Below are positions 59,288-64,000 of a DNA stretch of 64,000 nt, piece by piece. The notes beneath the pieces were generated by a model. The model was not told where the DNA came from. It ran no database searches and worked only from the letters and a program-made list of their open reading frames with translations. The position numbers and the translations under genes were made by a program. Source of the DNA: Vulcanimicrobiota bacterium (GTDB taxonomy: Bacteria; Vulcanimicrobiota; Vulcanimicrobiia; Eremiobacterales; Eremiobacteraceae). Where the stretch lies: contig CAWETU010000001.1 in NCBI GenBank assembly GCA_963812135.1, positions 1,120,001 to 1,184,000 of the forward strand, read 5' to 3'. Position 1 is the stretch's first letter; the number at the start of each line of letters is the position of its first letter.

Positions 59288-60907
59288 CTAATGGGCGCGT
59301 TTGCGGGTGCGGACCCGGCCGCTTGATTGCCCGTTGCCGCGATGGGACACCGACTTGCTCGCTGCGCCGTCCAAGAGACGGCGGTGCGCCGCTTCGTCCG
59401 CGCGACCGTGCACCGCGTGCTCGCTGAGCAGTTCAGCCAGCCGCACGAGCGGACGCAACGCGACCGCGCTTGGGCCCTTGACGAGCGGGCCTGAATCTCG
59501 CTCAGCCCACGACGTGCCCGCGATATCGAGATGGATCCACGGCGTATGGTCGACGAACTCCTTGAGGAACATCGCGCCGTAGATCGTGCCGGCCGGCCGC
59601 CCGCCGCTGTTCTTCATGTCGGCGATCGGGCTCTTGATGAGATCCGCGTACTCGGGGAAGAGCGGCAGTTCCCAGTAGCGCTCGCCATACGGCTCGGTCG
59701 CGCGGTGGAACAGATCCACGAGCTCGCGATCGTTGCTCATGACGCCCGTCGAGGTGTGGCCCAACGCCGTCACGACTGCACCCGTGAGCGTCGCGATGTC
59801 GACGAGATGGGTCGCGCCAAGCTTGCGCGCGTACACCAGTCCGTCGGCGAGCACGAGGCGGCCTTCCGCGTCCGTGTTGATGACCTCGATCGTCTTGCCG
59901 TTCATCGCGCGCACGACGTCGCCGGGTTTGGTCGCTTTGCCTGAGGGCATGTTCTCGGTCGCAACCACGATGCCGACGACGTTGATCTTGGGTTTCAACC
60001 GCGCGATGGCGTCAAGCGTCGCGATGACGGTTGCGCCGCCGGCCATGTCGCCCTTCATGGCATCCATGTCGAGCGCAGGTTTGAGCGAAATGCCGCCGGT
60101 GTCGAACGTGATGCCCTTACCGACCAGGCCAAGCTTGGTCCTCGAATCCTTGTCGCCGATGTACTCGAGCGCGATGATCTTGGGCGGCTCATCGCTGCCC
60201 GCCGCCACCGAGAGGAACGAACCCATCCCGAGTTTCTTCATCGCCGGCGTGTCGAGCACGGTGACTTTGAGGCCGTCTCGTTTGGCGAGGTCCTTTGAGA
60301 TCGCGGCAAGATGCGACGGCGTCATGTCGTTGGCCGGCGTGTTGACCATCACGCGTGCCGCGTTGGCGGCCTCGCCGAGGATAACGCCGCGCGCGATGCC
60401 TTTTTTAATCGCGGCATCCGCAGCACCGCTCGGCACGATCAGCGTCACCGTCGACACCTCGTGGCGCGGCGTCTCGTCCTTGGTCCGATACGACGCCGGA
60501 TTGAAGGTCGCCATCAGGGCGCCTTCGGCGAACAGCTCACCGATCTGCGCGGGATCAACGCCCTTGAGGTCGGGCAGGACGAACGCGAGCGACTTGAAAC
60601 CGCGGCGCTGCGCCGCGCGGACCGCGGTGCCGGCGAAGCGTGCCATCGCTGCGGCCCTACGATTGGACGCGGGTCCGAGGCCGATGACCAGCACGCGCTT
60701 TGCCTTCAGCTTGGGCGACGGCAACACGTGCAGTTCGTCTTCGCGCCCGCGGATCTCACCGCCGCGGTACATGTCTCTGATGACGTGGCCCAGCGGCTTG
60801 TCGAGGGCCTTGACGGTGTCGGGAACCTCGCCGTCCGAGAACACTGGGATGGCGATCGCATCGGCGGCGACGCGCAGCGGGCTCTCCGCGCGAACTTGGA
60901 TCTTCAT
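59288..60907 (-). CDS. pepA: Leucyl aminopeptidase (M17)
   Basis: VGKGITFDTGG, MKGDMAG, ENMPSG, NTDAEGRL.LAD, ATLTGA, WIHLDIAG. Confidence 0.95.
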   Translation of the reverse strand: MKIQVRAESPLRVAADAIAIPVFSDGEVPDTVKALDKPLGHVIRDMYRGGEIRGREDELHVLPSPKLKAKRVLVIGLGPASNRRAAAMARFAGTAVRAAQRRGFKSLAFVLPDLKGVDPAQIGELFAEGALMATFNPASYRTKDETPRHEVSTVTLIVPSGAADAAIKKGIARGVILGEAANAARVMVNTPANDMTPSHLAAISKDLAKRDGLKVTVLDTPAMKKLGMGSFLSVAAGSDEPPKIIALEYIGDKDSRTKLGLVGKGITFDTGGISLKPALDMDAMKGDMAGGATVIATLDAIARLKPKINVVGIVVATENMPSGKATKPGDVVRAMNGKTIEVINTDAEGRLVLADGLVYARKLGATHLVDIATLTGAVVTALGHTSTGVMSNDRELVDLFHRATEPYGERYWELPLFPEYADLIKSPIADMKNSGGRPAGTIYGAMFLKEFVDHTPWIHLDIAGTSWAERDSGPLVKGPSAVALRPLVRLAELLSEHAVHGRADEAAHRRLLDGAASKSVSHRGNGQSSGRVRTRKRAH

Positions 60908-61047
60908 CTGGAAAGCATGGCCTTTCAATGAAAAAGACGCGACAAATCGGTGTGGGGCGCCGTGAGCAGTCGCGTTTCGCCGCACCCAACGCGCGAACCT
61001 GGAAGAAGCGCGTAGGGGGCGGCACGGCCGGAGCGAAACGAAGCTGC

Positions 61048-62055
61048 GTGACTGACGCGTACGCAAAAGCCGGTGTGAACATCGATGCCGGCAATGACGC
61101 CGTCGCGCGCTACAGGGAAGTCCTTCCTAAACAGCGCGATCCGCGCGTCCTCGAAGGCATCGGCGGATTCGGCGGCTGCTTCGCGCTGACGGGCTTCGCG
61201 GATCCAGTCCTGGTGGCTTCGACGGACGGCGTCGGCACGAAATTGCTGGTGGCGGCCGAGTTGCGGCGCTACGACACCATCGGCCGCGATCTTGTCAACC
61301 ACTGCATCAACGATATCTTGTGCCTCAACGCGGGTCCGCTGTTCTTCTTGGACTATCTCGCGGTCGGCCGGCTCGATCCGGTAATGGCGGCGGCCATCGT
61401 CGGCGGGATCGGCGCTGCGTGCGCGGACAACGGGATGGCATTGCTCGGCGGTGAGACGGCTGAGATGCCCGGGCTCTATCAACCAACACATTTCGACCTT
61501 GCCGGCACGATCGTCGGCGGCGTCGAGCGGGCGCAGTTGATCGACGTGGCGCGCGTCGCGATCGGCGATGTCGTCATCGGTCTGCTCGCCAACGGCTTTC
61601 ACACGAACGGCTACTCGCTCGTGCGGCATACGCTGCCCTCGTCGCGCTGGAGCGAGCGCCTTGATGGCGGCTCGATCGCCGACGCGCTGCTCGCGGTGCA
61701 TCCTTCCTATCTGGCAGTGATCAGAGGCGCGCAGTCGGCGGGCGTCGACATCAAAGCGATGGCGCACATCACCGGCGGCGGTCTGATCGACAACCTGCCG
61801 CGGGCGCTCCCGGCAGGTGTTGCCGCACGCCTCCATCCGCAGCGTTGGCGTGTGCCGCCGATCATGGAGCTCGTCGTGCGCGAAGCGAAGCTCGAGCGAA
61901 AGGTCGCATTCCGCACGTTCAACATGGGCATCGGCTTTTGCGCGATCGTGCCGGCTGGCCAGCTCGAGAAGGCGCTCGCCGCGATGCCGGGATCGGTTGC
62001 GATCGGCGACGTCGTCGCGCACGAGGCTGACGCGCCGCGCGTGGTCATCGCGTGA
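61048..62055 (+). CDS. purM: AIR synthetase
   Basis: Y..AGVNI, GGFGG, STDGVGTK, FFLDY, GGETAEMPG, G.HTNGYSL, HITGGG, TFNMGIG. Confidence 0.96.
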   Translation: MTDAYAKAGVNIDAGNDAVARYREVLPKQRDPRVLEGIGGFGGCFALTGFADPVLVASTDGVGTKLLVAAELRRYDTIGRDLVNHCINDILCLNAGPLFFLDYLAVGRLDPVMAAAIVGGIGAACADNGMALLGGETAEMPGLYQPTHFDLAGTIVGGVERAQLIDVARVAIGDVVIGLLANGFHTNGYSLVRHTLPSSRWSERLDGGSIADALLAVHPSYLAVIRGAQSAGVDIKAMAHITGGGLIDNLPRALPAGVAARLHPQRWRVPPIMELVVREAKLERKVAFRTFNMGIGFCAIVPAGQLEKALAAMPGSVAIGDVVAHEADAPRVVIA

Positions 62056-62714
62056 CCGCTGCGGGCGGAGCCGCTGCGAAATATCCGACCGCGATCCTCG
62101 CTTCAGGCAGCGGCACCAATCTGCAGGCCGTGATTGATCAGGCAGATGCGGGCACGCTGCCGCTCGACATACGTCTGGTGGTGTCAAACCGGTCCGACGC
62201 GTACGCGCTCGAGCGCGCGCGTACGGCGGATATCGCGACGCTGGTGATGACGTTCTCGCCCGGATTCGAGTCGCGCGCCCGCTACTCGCGCGAGCTCGCC
62301 GCCGCGCTGAAAGCGAGCGGAGCACAACTCGTGTTGCTGCTCGGCTGGATGCTCGTGTTGACGCCAGAGTTCTTAGAGGCGGGTTTTGCCGGCGTGCTCA
62401 ACTTGCATCCATCGTTTCTCCCCGACGATCCGTCTGCCGACCAAGTGACATTGCCGGACGGCAGCTCGTCGCGCGTCTTCCGCGGTGCGCACGCGCTGCG
62501 CGACGCCATCGAAGCGGATGTCCGCACGACCGGCGCCACGCTGATCGAGATCACGCCCGCGGTGGACCGGGGTCCGGTGTTGGCGCGCCGCACCTTCGAC
62601 CTGCGCCCCGGTGACACGGTGGCGTCGGCGTTGGAGCGCCTGCATCTCGTAGAACAGGAAGTCGTGCGCGACGGCGTCTTGGCCTGGCTCGCAAGCAACG
62701 TAGCATCCAGATGA
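62052..62714 (+). CDS. purN: Phosphoribosylglycinamide formyltransferase
   Basis: LASGSGTNLQA, VVSN, GWM.VL, NLHPS.LP, F.G, VD.GP. Confidence 0.88.
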   Translation: MTAAGGAAAKYPTAILASGSGTNLQAVIDQADAGTLPLDIRLVVSNRSDAYALERARTADIATLVMTFSPGFESRARYSRELAAALKASGAQLVLLLGWMLVLTPEFLEAGFAGVLNLHPSFLPDDPSADQVTLPDGSSSRVFRGAHALRDAIEADVRTTGATLIEITPAVDRGPVLARRTFDLRPGDTVASALERLHLVEQEVVRDGVLAWLASNVASR

Positions 62715-64000
62715 TCGACCGCATCCGGCGCACGAAGATCGTCGCGACGCTCGGCCCGAGCTGCCGGGCGCCGGGCGTGCTCGATCAGCTCGTCGCTGCG
62801 GGCGTCGACGTCTTCCGGGTCAACCTTTCGCATGCGACGCTCGCAGAACTGGACGAGTGGGTCCGCCTCGTGCGCGCGTCCGCCACGGCGCACGACCGCA
62901 CCATCGGCGTGCTGGCGGACCTGCAAGGTCCGAAGCTTCGCATCGGAGGTCTGGCCGGACACCAGCCGGTAACGCTTGCCACCGGCAGCGTCGTCGAGAT
63001 CACGACGCGCGACGTCGAGGGGACGAGCGAGCGACTCTCCACGCGTTATGCGGCGCTCCCGAGAGACGTGAATCCGGGCGACCGCATCTTGCTCGCCGAC
63101 GGCACGGTGGAGCTGCGGGTCGAGGCGATCGACGGCGACAGCGTACGCTGCGTGGTCGTGCACGGCGGCACGATCAAGGAACACGCGGGCATGAACCTAC
63201 CCGGCGTCGCCGTGTCGTCGCCGGCGCTCACGGAGAAAGACCGAGTCGACCTCGAGCACGCGGTGCGTGCCGGCGTCGACTTCATCGCGCTCTCGTTCGT
63301 GCGCAAGCCAAACGATATCGTCGAAGCCAAGACCGCGGTCGCAGCGGCAGGCGGCGACACGCCGGTGATCGCCAAGATCGAACGCCCCGAAGCGATCGAC
63401 CAGCTCGATGACATCATCAATGCGTCGGACGCGGTCATGGTCGCGCGCGGCGACCTCGGCGTCGAGATGTTGCCCGAGCGCGTGCCGATGCTGCAGAAGC
63501 TCATCATCAAACGCGCCGGCGCGCTGCTCAAACCGGTCATCACCGCGACCCAGATGCTCGAGTCGATGGTGCACTCGACGCGCCCGACGCGCGCCGAGGC
63601 ATCCGACGTCGCCAACGCGATCATCGACGGCACCGACGCGACCATGTTGTCGGAAGAGACCGCCGCCGGCGAATACCCGCTCGAAGCGGTCGAGACGATG
63701 GTGCGCATCGCCCTCGAGACGGAGGAGTTCTTCCCGCCGCGCGTGCGGCGCAGCCTGCGCGTGGACAGCGACTCACACGCCATCTCGCATGCCGCCTGCA
63801 GCATCACCGAGAGCATCGACGTGCGCTGCATCGCCGCGTTCACGAGTTCAGGTTTTTCCGCGCGCATCGTCAGCAAAGACCGGCCCAGGGTCCCGATCTA
63901 CGCCTTCGCGCCGAACGAGACGATCGGTAGGCGGCTGTGCCTGGATTGGGGCGTCATCCCATGTCTCGCGACGTTTCGCGGTACGACCGAAAAGCTGATC
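62711..64000 (+). CDS. pyk: Pyruvate kinase (3' truncated by window edge)
   Basis: Hand translation: RRTKIVATLGP, RVNLSH, DLQGPK.R, AKIE, MVARGDLGVE, ATQMLESM, PTRAE.SDVANA, MLS.ETA.G.YP. Confidence 0.96.
   Translation, partial: MIDRIRRTKIVATLGPSCRAPGVLDQLVAAGVDVFRVNLSHATLAELDEWVRLVRASATAHDRTIGVLADLQGPKLRIGGLAGHQPVTLATGSVVEITTRDVEGTSERLSTRYAALPRDVNPGDRILLADGTVELRVEAIDGDSVRCVVVHGGTIKEHAGMNLPGVAVSSPALTEKDRVDLEHAVRAGVDFIALSFVRKPNDIVEAKTAVAAAGGDTPVIAKIERPEAIDQLDDIINASDAVMVARGDLGVEMLPERVPMLQKLIIKRAGALLKPVITATQMLESMVHSTRPTRAEASDVANAIIDGTDATMLSEETAAGEYPLEAVETMVRIALETEEFFPPRVRRSLRVDSDSHAISHAACSITESIDVRCIAAFTSSGFSARIVSKDRPRVPIYAFAPNETIGRRLCLDWGVIPCLATFRGTTEKLI

Noticed and set aside
514..63998. Many long antisense or alternate-frame ORFs (e.g. 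4284-6062, 20464-22056, 26905-29172, 39083-40813, 41676-43391, 60925-62325)
   Set aside because: They shadow well-supported genes, are Arg/Ala-rich without family motifs, and are expected from high-GC codon bias
1..64000. CRISPR arrays, tRNA/rRNA genes, IS/transposase, integrase or prophage genes
   Set aside because: None recognised by eye; intergenic gaps are short and no regularly spaced direct repeats were seen

Overview
High-GC, gene-dense bacterial chromosome segment from a diderm, since it encodes several predicted outer-membrane barrels. The gene style is compatible with Ca. Eremiobacterota/Vulcanimicrobiota, but that is inference only. In order: asd-lysC-dapA; a TagA-type glycosyltransferase, M16 peptidase, sugar-phosphate nucleotidyltransferase and beta-barrel; a Liv-type ABC importer; comF-ribD-ribE-ribBA-ribH and a 1015-aa pentapeptide-repeat membrane protein; a kdpFABC locus with an extra peptide and a porin, controlled by an apparently split sensor (soluble tandem KdpD-USP protein, separate membrane histidine kinase, NarL-type regulator); aminotransferase-mtnA-holA; a TetR operon (DUF1326, DUF2182, hydrolase::glycosyltransferase fusion, hydrolase); a mosaic purine cluster (purB, PAICS-like purC::purE, purL, purQ, tandem purS, two archaeal-type purP, guaA, purD, purF, purM, purN); a TonB-dependent-receptor-like protein with a duplicated C-terminal domain; pepA; pyk. 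The most notable hidden signals are (i) a 24-nt GTAG-type REP hairpin whose five recognisable copies all lie in-frame inside housekeeping enzymes, (ii) apparent ATC/CTG start codons, (iii) the split Kdp sensor, and (iv) purP paralogs with no purH or purK in the window. Five single-base insertions (ribH, purL, guaA x2, purD) look like read errors. No rRNA, tRNA, CRISPR array or transposase was recognised.
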